A DNA stretch of 64,000 bases from Eledone cirrhosa (lineage: Eukaryota): NCBI GenBank assembly GCA_964016885.1, contig OZ024740.1, positions 164,610,001 through 164,674,000 on the forward strand. Reading direction: 5' to 3'. Positions 28,187 through 40,705 of the stretch are shown here, one piece after another. Under the pieces are notes generated by a model. That model saw nothing but the letters and a program-made list of their open reading frames with translations, ran no database searches and was not told the DNA's origin. Numbering within the stretch: the first letter of the stretch is position 1; the number at the start of each line of letters is the position of its first letter. A program made the translations under genes and the position numbers.

Positions 28187-30643
28187 TGTTAAATTTGAAT
28201 GTTAACTTTAAATTTGAATGTTAACTTTAAATTTGAACCTTGCTTTTGGATCACGCTGCATTTCAAATACTTAACCGACCTCAATGGAAAGAAAGTACTA
28301 TCGATCTCAGCAGTATTTTTAAGTGAGTGACGGAACTAAATGCCATAGGATTTTAAGTTTCGAAATGTATGGTTTCTACAAAGCAAGGAAAGGGAATGAT
28401 GTCGACTGTATACAAAGGTATTTTCAATCGATATCCTACAAAAGGGCTTCCATCCGGTGAAAGATTAACATTGATAGAGTAACCGTTTACGTAATCGCGT
28501 ATCTCGTTTGTTGAAAATAGGTGGGATACATCTTTCCTCGGATACAGAAATGTTCCATCGAATGAAACGTTAGCATAGCAATCACTTCTCAATTCTATAA
28601 CCTTGTCATTGCTTAGGGCAATGTGTTATGCAAAACACGGTACACACTTCATTTCAAATGGATTTGACCATTGCAGCAATAAGGTTTTGAACATGAAGTG
28701 CAGACTTCCGTCGTATTTGTTTGGGTTCCAATTAGTTATTTCAACTCCAGTTTGAATGCTACCTCTAATTGTTATACTTCGATTCAGCTGTGGTCTTTAA
28801 TTCCATACGACTTGAGGAAAACCAGCATCCATTCATTTTAAGTGACTCAATGTCAAATTTCGGAAATATATTGAATGTATTCCGTTAAAACATTCTCAGA
28901 ATACTACAAGGTAGATATTTCTTATCCAATTTTATATTAAATGTAAAGTCAATCTTCTGTGCAAATTGAAATCAGTACGCAATGAAGTATTATGAGTCAT
29001 TTAATGCAATGCTTGCTTGTTACTATCATTTACAGCGGCTCTGTATATTATGTTTCTTTCAATATATTTTTGATGCGATTGGGCGTAGTGTATATTTAGT
29101 GTATTTATTTACATTAATCCAGCTCCAGCAATATTTACGAAAATATGAGGAAGGTTCTGAGAGATTACCTAGATGGTATTTTAATCGTGTAGTCTTGCAG
29201 TCGTCTCTCTTGATGTAATGATGGTGGTGTTAAGGAAGAGGATGGCATGGAGGTGGAGAAGAAGAAGGCGGAGGATTAAGATCAGGATGTGTGATAGAAA
29301 TCGGTTCTATTATGTGCATCAGAACTATGGTTGGGTGTTATAAAGACGTGTTGAAAATCGTTGGGATTTGAATAAATCGAAAATTGCAGGGATAATAAAA
29401 ATGAAATATATAATACAATACACATATGATGGATATATTCTCATAAAAGTACAGTCATATTGGAAATATTAAGACAGCACACAAATCCCTAAATACCTTT
29501 GAGTAATACGTGCCTTACTCCACTTTGGAATTACAACCATCTTTTCACACCATAATCGATACTCTTAATGCCTCTCAGTAAATGTAGGTAAGAACGTCCT
29601 ACACCACTCATACATTCCTTTTTATGCACTACTCAAAAGATTTGCTGAGGGTTTGGCCATCAAGAAAATGCCCTGACTCAGTTCTTGCAATCATGTCTTT
29701 CGCCATAGCTTGCAGACTGAAGTTATATACCTAACCCTTCTTGGCACAGAAACTTGGTGTGTTGAACGTTTCGCTGGATTGAGCTAGTAGTGAAATATGT
29801 TCAACATGTGGTAACGAGATTTCCATACAGCTCCACACGTCAGAAATGTTCGGTAATTAAACCATTACGTGAGATTGGTTTTGTTGTCCAATGAATGTCT
29901 ATAAAATATGGCCCAAACTAACAGATGGTCCCCGAGTACATTTCAAGTCAAAAACATTTTGATGTAATGAGAATTTCCACTCAGAAAAGACAGCGCAGTG
30001 TATCTTCCTTTGTAAGCAGGAAATCACCACGCATGCCACCAGTAATCGTCTATACAGTACCAGGGTTAACAACTCAAAAGCCCCATTCACTGAGTGTTAA
30101 GAGACTACAAGGACTTGGTAACCTTACATATCCCGGACACTCAAACAACATTTAGGCTTGACCAAGAACTACATCTCGGCGAAATATATCAATCATCGCA
30201 AGACACACTTAACAAATACCAACCATAAGCATTCACTGGGATTGTTTCTGTTAACTCATCTGCGGCATGTCGAAACCCTGGCATAGTGTGTGTTGGCAGC
30301 AAACAGACCGTTCGGCAAATGAAACCTATCTCTCGTACCGAAAGGATTAGAAGAGATTATTAAAAACTAGGCAAAATATAATATTTATCGCCGTAATGCT
30401 AGCAGTAATAAGTGTAAATATACTAACGATCCAAGATATAAACAACAACTGCAACGTAATAAATTTGAAATTAAGTAACTTGAAGTGTATAAAGAAATAA
30501 CAGGAAACTACTAACGACTTCCGAAGCCAGCACCTTGAAGCTGATATGATATGATGCACGTACTCCGTACATAGGTAGGAGGAGCTTCATACAAATGAGA
30601 CTAGAAAAGTACTTAGTGGCACACCATGGAAAATTAGTTTAAT

Positions 30644-31060
30644 AATTGTTTCTACTTTAGGCACACGGCCAGAAATTACCCAGTACATTACTGGTACTTT
30701 ATTTTATCGACCCCGTAAGGATGAAAGGCAAAGTTAACCTCGGCGGAATTTGAATGATTTCTGATATAGATACAAGGCAAGTGATGTAATTATATGCCGC
30801 ACAACATGTTGTCCAAGGCTCTACCGATACTGCCAATCCACCGACCTTAATAAAATAATAATGGTTTTTGACTTAGGCACAAGGTGGACAACTTTAGGAT
30901 AAGAGAAGGCCGATTAAGTCGGTCCGAGTGTGTTACTGGTTCTTTATTATATCGATCCCGTTAGGATGAAAGGCAACGTTAACCTCGGTGGGAGTTTAAA
31001 TGAGAAGGTAAAGTTGCCATAACTATATACCTGAAAGCATGTTGGACGATGCCAATCCAA
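30644..31060 (-). mobile_element. Two adjacent SINE copies (30644-30846, rearranged; 30862-31060, diverged)
   Basis: Reverse complements of the SINE consensus. Confidence 0.85.
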
Positions 31061-32885
31061 CGGATATACGGGTATATTACTGTACTAATGGAAAATGATG
31101 TACGAGGAAAACGTTGACTACACCAAAGAAAAATATTGAGATGAAAAAAAAAACATCAGAAAAATATAAAAAATAAATATAAATCTAAGTGGAATTCTCA
31201 AATATTCTAGAATGAAAATAGAAAAAACAAGAACTTCGTGGCCAATATTCCGCAAGACAAGAGAAGCGGAGCCAGATTTAATTTGGGGCGAAAGGGGCAA
31301 TTGCCCCGTGCTCCTTGCAGTGAGGGGCACCAACGACAGCGGTAGCATTTTATTTGTGCCGTTAGCTGGGCTTCGTAGTTTTAGGAAGGTTAGAATTTTT
31401 GAATTTGATACCTGTATGTATAACCTTTCAATTCCGATAGCTTGCGCCAATCTAACTTTGATATGTAAAATTGGTGGGGTTTCTGTGTATTCTAATTTTT
31501 TTATATGGGAGCCCTCCCCCCAACCTAAAGTGCCCCGGCTCCACAAGGTCTACATAAAATCCTGAAGTGAGGTAAGAAATAGGTTAGATGGAATTCAACA
31601 ATGTCTAAAAATCTTTACACTAAAATATAAAAAAAAGAACAAATGTAATGAAACAAAATTTGTGCACATCAGCCAAGCCAGAAATAATTGCAAAATTAAA
31701 ATAATAAACTAATATCAAGTACAGACGTTGTAATCAGTAGATTGTATATTCAGACACACGAGTAGGTACCTATGTCCACTGAGTACTATGCCACCATTTC
31801 GGAAGAAAACGGGATAGGAAATCGTATAAATATGTAACAAAAAGAGTACTTTAAATGGTTTAACTGCAATCATCTAGAACAAGTTCCTCTAGAACGACAA
31901 GGAGATAAAACAAGCCATTTTGATATAGCTTTCAAATACAGGAATAAGAATCTCTGCACCCCTGTTAAAAGAACAGCATACTTTGCAGAATCCCCAGTCA
32001 ATAATATATCACAATCCACACAGTTCATTCACCTATAGACTATGCGCTAACAGCGCAATAGTATACTACAAGCTCCCCATTAAAGTTTATTCTACACATG
32101 TACAATCCACTAATATAACACAACCGGTGCAGCACATATTCAAGACAAACACGAACCCAGAACATGCACACATCTGAATACATACAAAATATACAAAACA
32201 GTTTCTACACAAAAACACAAACAACGCATAGTGCATATTCTCCCAAACAACCAGTCCAACCATGATAAAAAACAAAATAACAGAGATGTAGCTTATAAAC
32301 ACAATTTTACAAGGAATGAAAATCAAAGTTGTTTATAACTAGTTTTCAAAACGTGACCAAATGCGACTGATTAGAATATTGATTTCTTTCGCTAAACTCA
32401 AGGATATTAGTCATTCATTAAATAGAAAATAACATTATTTAGTGCGCAAAAAGATGTTTAATCAATCTACATTATACACTTAATGGAAAATTGAGTTAGT
32501 GACCTTAACAATATTTATTTTGGAGAGAAACAACTCTGATAGCCAATCTAATGCTCGGTAAGTACAGCGACAACATGTATAGGCTTTATTAAACCTCCTA
32601 AGAAAATTTAGTATTACCATTAGTAAGCAGATTTTAAACTGACTGTCATAATATATAGGGTTTTACTGAAAATTATTCACAGAAAGCCTTCATCGTGAAG
32701 AACATTGCAAAACCCCAGATGTAGTCGGTCTCAAGATGTGTGAAAAGTATAGACGAATACAAATACAGTGCATATAACCTATTTCACAGAGCATTTCTGA
32801 ATATAAAGACGATTCTATCGACCTCAATATATTAATGATTCATACATAATTTATCACGAAAAGAAAGTCTGTGATCATACACACA

Positions 32886-32983
<98 letters not shown>

Positions 32984-33063
32984 CATACATATATACATAT
33001 ACATATATATATATATATATATATAATATAAGATCAAAAGATGGTTAAAGGAGTTCCATGTAT

Positions 33064-33129
33064 TTTATTATGCGCATTTCAAAAACAAACATCATCATGC
33101 AATAATATTTGTGTTTTCATCAGATAAAA
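33064..33129 (-). ncRNA. Hammerhead ribozyme (family D, mirror copy)
   Basis: Exact reverse complement of 33651-33717. Confidence 0.85.
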
Positions 33130-33650
33130 CAGGAGAACATATGAAGGCTAAAAAACACTTGTGGATAGTGCAGTTTTAAATCAACATATGAAAAGTGGTT
33201 TTAGATTGATGTGTGATATTGGGAAAAATATTTTATTTAGAGAGGGGGGGGGGAGGATGAAAAAGGGGAGGAGATGAGAGGGAGAGATGGGTGATAGAGA
33301 GAAAGAGATAGTTTTTATAACTGAGAGGAGATATATTGTTTTACATAGAGAGGTTGAAAACCGTTGGAAGATAATGTATAAATTAAAAGAATTTATACAT
33401 TATCTTCCAACGGTTTTCAACCTCTCTATGTAAAACAATATATCTCCTCTCAGTTATAAAAACTATCTCTTTCTCTCTATCACCCATCTCTCCCTCTCAT
33501 CTCCTCCCCTTTTTCATCCTTTCCCCCCCCCCCCCTCTAAATAAAATATTTTTCCCAATATCACACATCAATCTAAAACCACTTTTCATATGTTGATTTA
33601 AAACTGCACTATCCACAAGTGTTTTTTAGCCTTCATATCATGTTCTCCTG

Positions 33651-33717
33651 TTTTATCTGATGAAAACACAAATATTATTGCATGATGATGTTTGTTTTTG
33701 AAATGCGCATAATAAAA
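33651..33717 (+). ncRNA. Type I hammerhead ribozyme (family D)
   Basis: ttttat-CTGATGA-aaacacaaat..atgtttgttttt-GAAA-tgcgca-TA-ataaaa; palindromic atgcgcat. Confidence 0.88.
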
Positions 33718-33865
33718 TACATGGAACTCCTTTAACCATCTTTTGATCTTATATTATGTATACTCCAGTCCTACAAACTGTAGAGTGCTTCTTATCCGAT
33801 ATCTGCATTGCTTTATTGTACTACAATAAAACTCACCTCCTACATTATATATATATATATATATA

Positions 33866-36800
33866 TTTATTAAAATAACAGATTAAAGTTTAAGCAAAGA
33901 ATCGATGCTTTCACCATTAACGGGATCTTCTGAAACTAAAAAAGTCAATCTGTGACCGCAGAAGTAAATATTTCAAAAAACGTTGCAACCGAAGGAAGGC
34001 AGGAAGACGATACTTTGGTTCGTGGAAATGTTCCCTGGCAAAGAACGAAAAAAAAACGAATATAATACGTCATTATTTGGTGCAGTGAAAACAATTACAC
34101 GCGAAGACAAAACCACGTTTATGGTATAAATGAAGTCGTAGACTAATATTCTATTAGGTGGTTCATGGAGACGTTCTCTGGTAATGAACGGAAAAAACGA
34201 AGATAATACGTCATTATGTGGATCAATGAGAACAATTACACGCAAAAACAAAACCACATAAATGGTATAACTTAGGTTGTAGACTAAAATTCTATTTAGG
34301 AAACCGAATGATTCTCGGCTTCAGAGATAAGAATAAAGTAAATAAAATACAGAAGTAATTGAAATTAAATATATACATACACACATCCATATACGTACAT
34401 ACACAAGCATACGCAAAACCACTCGCCATGGGTATGCAAATACAAGCACGTACACAAAAAAAAACCCACACACACGCACATAGAGAACCCACGCAACGCC
34501 TGTACCGCACACATACGAACGTATACACCAAATACACAGAAAAAATAAATAAAACATATATATATACACATGTGTGTGTGTGTGCACGTGTGCGTGTATA
34601 CATAATTAAATAAACGTATATAAATATACACACATAAATACGTACACAACGCGCGCACACACACACCCACATGTAAAGACACATATGTTCGCGGACGTAC
34701 GTCAACCAACACAAAGTACACATATACACATGCCCTACATACGTACGAACCCGCATAATCACACAGACGCAAAACTCCCGTATACACATAACCAAATGCC
34801 CAGGTACCAGTATATATAATATATACGCCAATAACATATACAAGCAAATATATATACGAGAAAATATACGTACCTTCACAAAACATACAGGTAATTGTTT
34901 TCCTTGCCTATACGAATAAGTAATGGTATTAACATAATATATACTTAGCTACCACATCAGGATGTAAAATATCCGCGTATAGTTCGTACTATCCGTTAGG
35001 GTATAATGTGGGGTTGTAATACAGGAACATTTTGTGCAATTTATGTTTACAAGCCGAAATTGCCTCAGATTTTTTGTTTAAGATGTGGTCTTTGGCGTAG
35101 AGTATTTCCAGGGCCTCAGCGGCGCGGAGGTCACATGGTCTTTTATTTCCGTTATACGATCTAGCCTTAGCTAGGATCTCCCAGTGTAACTTATATTGGG
35201 TGTGGTTGTCTTTTAGACTCCAGATATAAGCTGAAAGTGACGTCATATTCCTTCTTAAAGGGTAAAAAAAACAATGGGTATGCATGTAAAGACGCTACTT
35301 GAATCTATTGGCGGTTAACCCTATGTAGGCCCTACGGGACGTGCGTGTTTCAACCTTACATTTGTAGACAATGTTACAAAAGAGGCATTTCCCAGATAGG
35401 GGGCAGTCAACCCGATTCCTACAATTACAGTTAGTACTAGCTACAGGGCTGCACGTGTTCTTACGGCTAGGTAATTTAGCTAAATTTGAAGCTGTGATGT
35501 TATGTGCAAGGTTATGAGTCGTAGAGTAAGAAATTTTAATGGTATTTCTATTAAAAATTTTACTATGTTATGTGCTGGGGGGAAATGCTTCATAATAAGG
35601 GAGAGAAAGATCTTAGCTAAAGGTGTGGCCACGTCCATATTATATGGTGGGTTATACCATATAATGCGTCGGGCTCTATTTTTCCTAGGTCTATTCTCGT
35701 ACTCTGTATAAGCTACCTTATCGACAAATCCACTCCGAGCAAGAGCTTCATTGTAGTATGTGGAATGGTCGTTGAAAATATGCTCGTGTGTAGACAGACG
35801 GGAAAGCCTCAAAGAAACGTTTCTTACCAGGTTCTTGGTTATGCTGGCAGGATGGTTCGAATGCTTACTTATGTAATTAAGCGTATCGTTCGGCTTTCTA
35901 TCCGGGTAGTGCAAGCCATTCGACAAATCGAGGGTAACGTTGAGGTAATTAACGACCGCGAGGTTGGCCTCAACCTGTATGGAGTGGCTGAAGCCTTTAA
36001 AGAAGGCTGTGAGTTCTTTTCTGAACCTGTCGCAAGCACGTGGGCCGCAATTTGTCATGGTCAAAAGACCGTCATCACGGTACAAACGTTGGGGAATTCT
36101 TCCTTGGTAGAGAAAAGAAGGAAAAGGCCGATAAGATCAGTAACCTCCGCAGAATCACTGACGCCCATACTCACGTCGAATGGGGGTACTATTAGATTTT
36201 TTAATCCAAATAGAGTCGTCGAAATTAATCACCGACTTATGAGCATTGAGGATGACATCAACTTCGAAATCGTTAACCACTGTGAGTGTTTTAGCGAAAT
36301 TGATAACTCTAAGGAGAAGTGGTAAAGTGATGGAGGAGTAGTAATTATTGATGTGGAATTGGATAAAACGGCCATGTTCCTTGTTACATATGCCGTTGAA
36401 CAAATCAATCACAGCGAAAGAATTGATCCACAGTGCAAGAAGGGCCAAACTTCTAATTTCAGGTATAATTCAATCAAGAACCGTTTTACTAAGTCTACCT
36501 AAATCGGATTTTGGATTTGTGATCCTTCGGGGAAAAGTGGGGAGAAATAGGGTCCAGAGGTTCGGTCCGGTCCAGGATGTTGAGATCAGAGGTGATTTTA
36601 AACCCAGCATCGTTGATTTCATTAATGACGCTCCGATTAGTTTTACGGTAATCCTTAGCATTATGTAGCAGTTGATGGTAAGTACTGCGCTCCACTTGAT
36701 ATAGATTGCCAGTTTTGTCGGAATGAACGTGCACGGCATTAGAATCCTTAAAAGAACGAATTCTATTCTTCAGCTCCTGCTGGAAGGAATTGCTCCTATT

Positions 36801-37055
36801 CCGAAATTTGATACTCCGTATGAGTTCCAAGACATCATTTTCGAATGCTAGCAATGCTGGGTTACTCGGAGGGTTATTATAGGTTTTAAACCCAAATTTA
36901 TCCTGTTTGTTGTCTGCTTTTCTCTCATTATCGAAATAAAAGACACGCCACGCAACCTTTTAAAGAACGCGTCTGTTTTCTGTATCAGGATATTTAGGTA
37001 TGTTTTCCTGCTTGGTACGGGTATGTTCTTTGTAGAAATATTCAGATGTTGTTTC

Positions 37056-37060
<5 letters not shown>
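33866..37060 (-). mobile_element. Decayed Penelope-like element PLE4 (coding 37060 to 34989, long 3' UTR)
   Basis: MQKQHLNISTKNIPVP, NPKSDLGRLSK, YRDDG, WYNPPYN, ARSYNGNKRPCDL..ILNKKSE; degenerate hammerhead CAGAAGA..GAAA gcatcgat at 33889-33940. Confidence 0.9.
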
Positions 37061-37102
<42 letters not shown>

Positions 37103-37108
<6 letters not shown>

Positions 37109-37782
37109 ATACTTTGGGAGGGTCATGTTGCCAATAAGAAACACACGCACCAGTTGCTTTCACTTCAATTTATTATATATTTATAAATTTATAAATTTAT
37201 AAATTTACAAATTTATAAATTTCTGGTTGGTTGGTTCCACAACCAGATAGTTGTTTATATATAGTCATAGTTCTTTCGTCACACACTCTCTGACCTCTTC
37301 AGTGACTGGGGATTCCTTTCTTTGTTTCTGTGCCTCTCCTTTGTTCTGTCCTACGCTATTTTGTTTCTGTGTGTGTGTTGTGTGCTCAGTCTGCGCATGC
37401 GCCACATCCGGGTGTCTGTGTGTGTTTATGTTCATTTATCTATTTGTTTATTTACATGTTACTGGTTGGTTGTTTGTTCTATGTGTGTGTGTGTGTGTTT
37501 TCATTTTGTCCTTAATTGTAAGTTGTGATGTTGCTGTTCCACTCATATTTTCTATTTAATTTTGGTTGTAATTCTTTTATGTTTATTGCCTCTGTAATTT
37601 GTCTAAACATTGCGTCTTTTCTGTGTGTAGATTCTATTTTTATTTCTATGTTCTCTAATTTACCCTTGTGTTCTATTTTAGCATGTTGGTAGAGTACAGA
37701 TGATTCTTTATTATCTTGAAGGTCTCGCCAGTGTTCATTAGAGAACATAGAAATAAAAATAGAATCTACACACAGAAAAGAC
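37103..37782 (-). mobile_element. PLE 3' fragment of a different type (GIY-YIG C-terminus, possibly Naiad-like) with 5' inversion
   Basis: EHWRDLQDNKESSVLYQH..RQITEAINI..LNRKYEW; 37743-37782 is an inverted copy of 37613-37652; hammerhead in the 3' UTR. Confidence 0.75.
37263..37307 (-). ncRNA. Minimal hammerhead ribozyme
   Basis: Minus strand: agtca-CTGAAGA-ggtca gagagtgtg tgac-GAAA-gaac-TA-tgact. Confidence 0.82.
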
Positions 37783-38083
37783 GGTCGCTTAGATTCTCTT
37801 AGAGTTTTCTGGAATGTATAGCCTTACACACGCTGATGTACCATGGGCTACGTCATTTCAGTCAACTACAACTTGGCGAAACAGATATCTTTGGATTTGT
37901 ACGTGTGTTATATAGTTATAGAGGTGCGTATTTACACTATGGTTTATATTTTTAATTATCGTGTGTCTACTCTGCCTTTCATAGGTCATAGATTCCATAC
38001 ACTGGTGGTTTTCCGTTTTATTGATGGCGCACTATCTCTCTCGAGTGTGTTACCTTTTCAACATATTGTTTTTATCCTATATA

Positions 38084-38265
<182 letters not shown>

Positions 38266-38299
38266 TCCGAATATATATATGTATAAAAAACAGGGAGAA

Positions 38300-40090
38300 A
38301 GAGACGATAATTAGGAAGAAAAATATCGTTTTTTCCTTTTTTATTTATTTCTCTCTTTTTTTCTGGGTTAGAAAATGATTAAAACGAAATGTTTTACTTT
38401 GTGTGAAGTGTTAAGGTATTAGATGATTTATTTATTAATTAACAATGGAATTTATTTATATTTTTAATAATTGTCTATTACCGGTTTCAGCATTTTTATG
38501 CATTATCAAATGATAGTGATATGTATTAGTGTAGAATGGTGGTGTCGCACATGTTAAAGAAATGGTGCAGGAAGAATAATGTTATTTACAAACAAGGTTT
38601 ATGAAGTGAAAAGAAAAAAGAAAAAAGAGCATAAAAAGTCAATGTGAAAGAAAAAATAATGTTATTTACAGGCATAGTTCTTGAAGTTAAGCAGATCAAA
38701 ATGTGTTAATATAGCAAGAGTGCTTTGTTGATCCATGATTCCATGATGGAGGCAAATGGTGGACTGAGGTTTTTAGAGAGTTAATGTGCAGGGGGGGGGG
38801 GCAATTCATGCTGGATGATATTTAATTTATTTAAGAAAAAGGATTAGGTAGGGTGTGAGGGAGGTATCTCTTCTAAATGTTTGATTGTTTGTTGCAGTTT
38901 AGTTTGGTCCGAAGTTTAGTGTATTAAGTAGAGGTTGGAATTTGTTAATGAAATATGTTTCCTTATTGGTACGATGGATGAAAGTAGCGTTGTCTATGAA
39001 TTTGTAAATGGGGAAAATTATAAAGTTTGGATGTTGGTTGTGTGCACAATTGGCGATATGTTCACTAAATGCAATCTTTCTGTATTCCTGTATTTTAATT
39101 TGTGATTTATGAACGGTCATACGTTGACGGAGGCTGTTTTTTGTCTGTCCTATGTAGTGCTCTTGACAACCTGAGCAGGTCAAAACATAGATTAGGTTCA
39201 CAGATGCACATGTAAAGTTGTGTTTAACTGTTAAATGTTGTCCTTGTTTAAAATGAAGTGTTGAACCTTATATTAGATTTATGCATATGCAGAAGTTGGG
39301 CCTTCCGCATTTTGTTACTGTAGGATTCATTGTGAGGGTTTGTTAGATTTTGGCTTGTGTGAGTGTGTTTTTTATGGATTTAGGTTGTCTTTTGCTCTTT
39401 AAGATGTTGTGTGTTTGGAGGATTTTGTTCATTCTTTGGCCTCTTTTTAGTAAAGGAATGTTCTGGAGGATGGTGTCGAATGCCTCATTGTTGAGGGAGT
39501 TGTGTGTGGAGATGTATGGTAGAGTCTTTTGTTGCGGTTCATTCCTGGGTTTGGGGTGTCTGATTTCCTGGATGTCAAGTTTTTAGGGCACGTTGGAATC
39601 CATTGTTGATTAGGGATGATGGGTAGTTTCTGCTGATAAGTGTGTTTTTTAATTCTTCTAGTCGTGTGTAGCATGTGTATTTATCTGAAACTATTGTGCA
39701 GAACCTTCTGGCTAGGTTATAAGGAATTGCCATTTTGGTGTGTCTAGGGTGGCTCGAGTTGAATGGGAGGTATTGTTTGGAGTCTGTTTCTATTTTGTTG
39801 CTTGTTTTCTTGATGAGGATGTCGAGGAAAGGGAGTTGTTCATGGCTGTAATCCATTGTGAATTGTAAGTTTGTGTTGAGTCCATTCAGAAGGGTTTTAA
39901 ACTCAAACAGTCTCTCTATACTTTCATGCCAGAGGATGAAGCAGTCGTCCAGATATCTCTTCCAGTTCTTTTCTATGTGTTGGTAGAAGTGGTTGCCGTA
40001 TTTGTCTAGAACTTTGCGGTAGAGAGTGGTTTCCCAATATCCCATGACTAGGTTGGCGTATGAGGGGGCTACTTTCGTGCCCATGGAAGT
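38300..40090 (-). mobile_element. 5'-truncated Penelope-like element PLE5 (Neptune-like; coding 40090 to 38899, disrupted)
   Basis: MGTKVAPSYANL, WKRYLDDCF, LPFLDILI, SSHPRH, Cys linker KCGRPNFC, NLIYVLTCSGCQEHYIGQT..LRQR, LLN. Confidence 0.9.
38474..38513 (-). ncRNA. Minimal hammerhead ribozyme, U3:A8 core variant (PLE5)
   Basis: Minus strand: tcat-TTGATAA-tgcat aaaa atgct-GAAA-ccgg-TA-ataga; palindromic accggt; stem I weak. Confidence 0.65.
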
Positions 40091-40185
<95 letters not shown>

Positions 40186-40214
40186 AGAGAGAGAGAGAGA
40201 GAGAAAGAGAGACA

Positions 40215-40391
40215 GTTAGAACACTGGAAGGTAATATCAGTGGTGGTAGAGCACTCAGTCCGTGGAACGAGTTTGGTAGAAATGGTAACACACCAGTTAG
40301 TTCACCATACAGAGAACGTGCTGAAGATCCGGTAAGGTGAAACAATTGTTCTCGGTATGGTGAACTAACTGTTGTGTTACCACTTCTCTTT
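40215..40391. mobile_element. Mini fold-back of family C with hammerhead at 40317-40355 (+)
   Basis: Tail-bearing arm on the minus strand (40215-40316); plus arm CTGAAGA-tccggtaaggt-GAAA-caattg-TT-ctcgg ending at TA. Confidence 0.82.
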
Positions 40392-40424
40392 TATATATAT
40401 ATATATATATTTCTTTTTTTAATA

Positions 40425-40543
40425 TAGAAAGGAGTTTCCTGATGATTTCCTTTGAATGTAACAGATCTAGTCCTGTAGAAGCCATTTTCATATTAAAAAT
40501 TTATACTCTGCTATGTATTGAGTACCTCATCGACTGAGCCCGA
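40425..40543 (+). mobile_element. PLE1-related 3'-end fragment (degenerate hammerhead 40434-40482 plus tail)
   Basis: gtttc-CTGATGA-..-GTAA-cag atctagtc ctg-TA-gaagc, then tactctgctatgtattgagta; homologous to 7667-7790. Confidence 0.75.
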
Positions 40544-40581
40544 CATACACACAGACACACGCACACACGCACGCACACACG

Positions 40582-40705
<124 letters not shown>

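Larger units (their letters stand above)
33023..33845 (+). mobile_element. Large fold-back PLE end (family D): about 365-bp near-perfect inverted repeat plus 88-nt tail
   Basis: Arms 33023-33384 and 33390-33757, 5-nt loop, tail 33758-33845, TA both sides. Confidence 0.92.

Noticed and set aside
31100-32340. Possible LINE 5' fragment and decayed PLE linker/endonuclease
   Set aside because: Too degenerate for any motif to be identified reliably
37310-37512. Possible SECIS element, since some Naiad PLEs encode selenoproteins
   Set aside because: No convincing AUGA/GA quartet with an apical AA stem seen, and no in-frame TGA in the fragment
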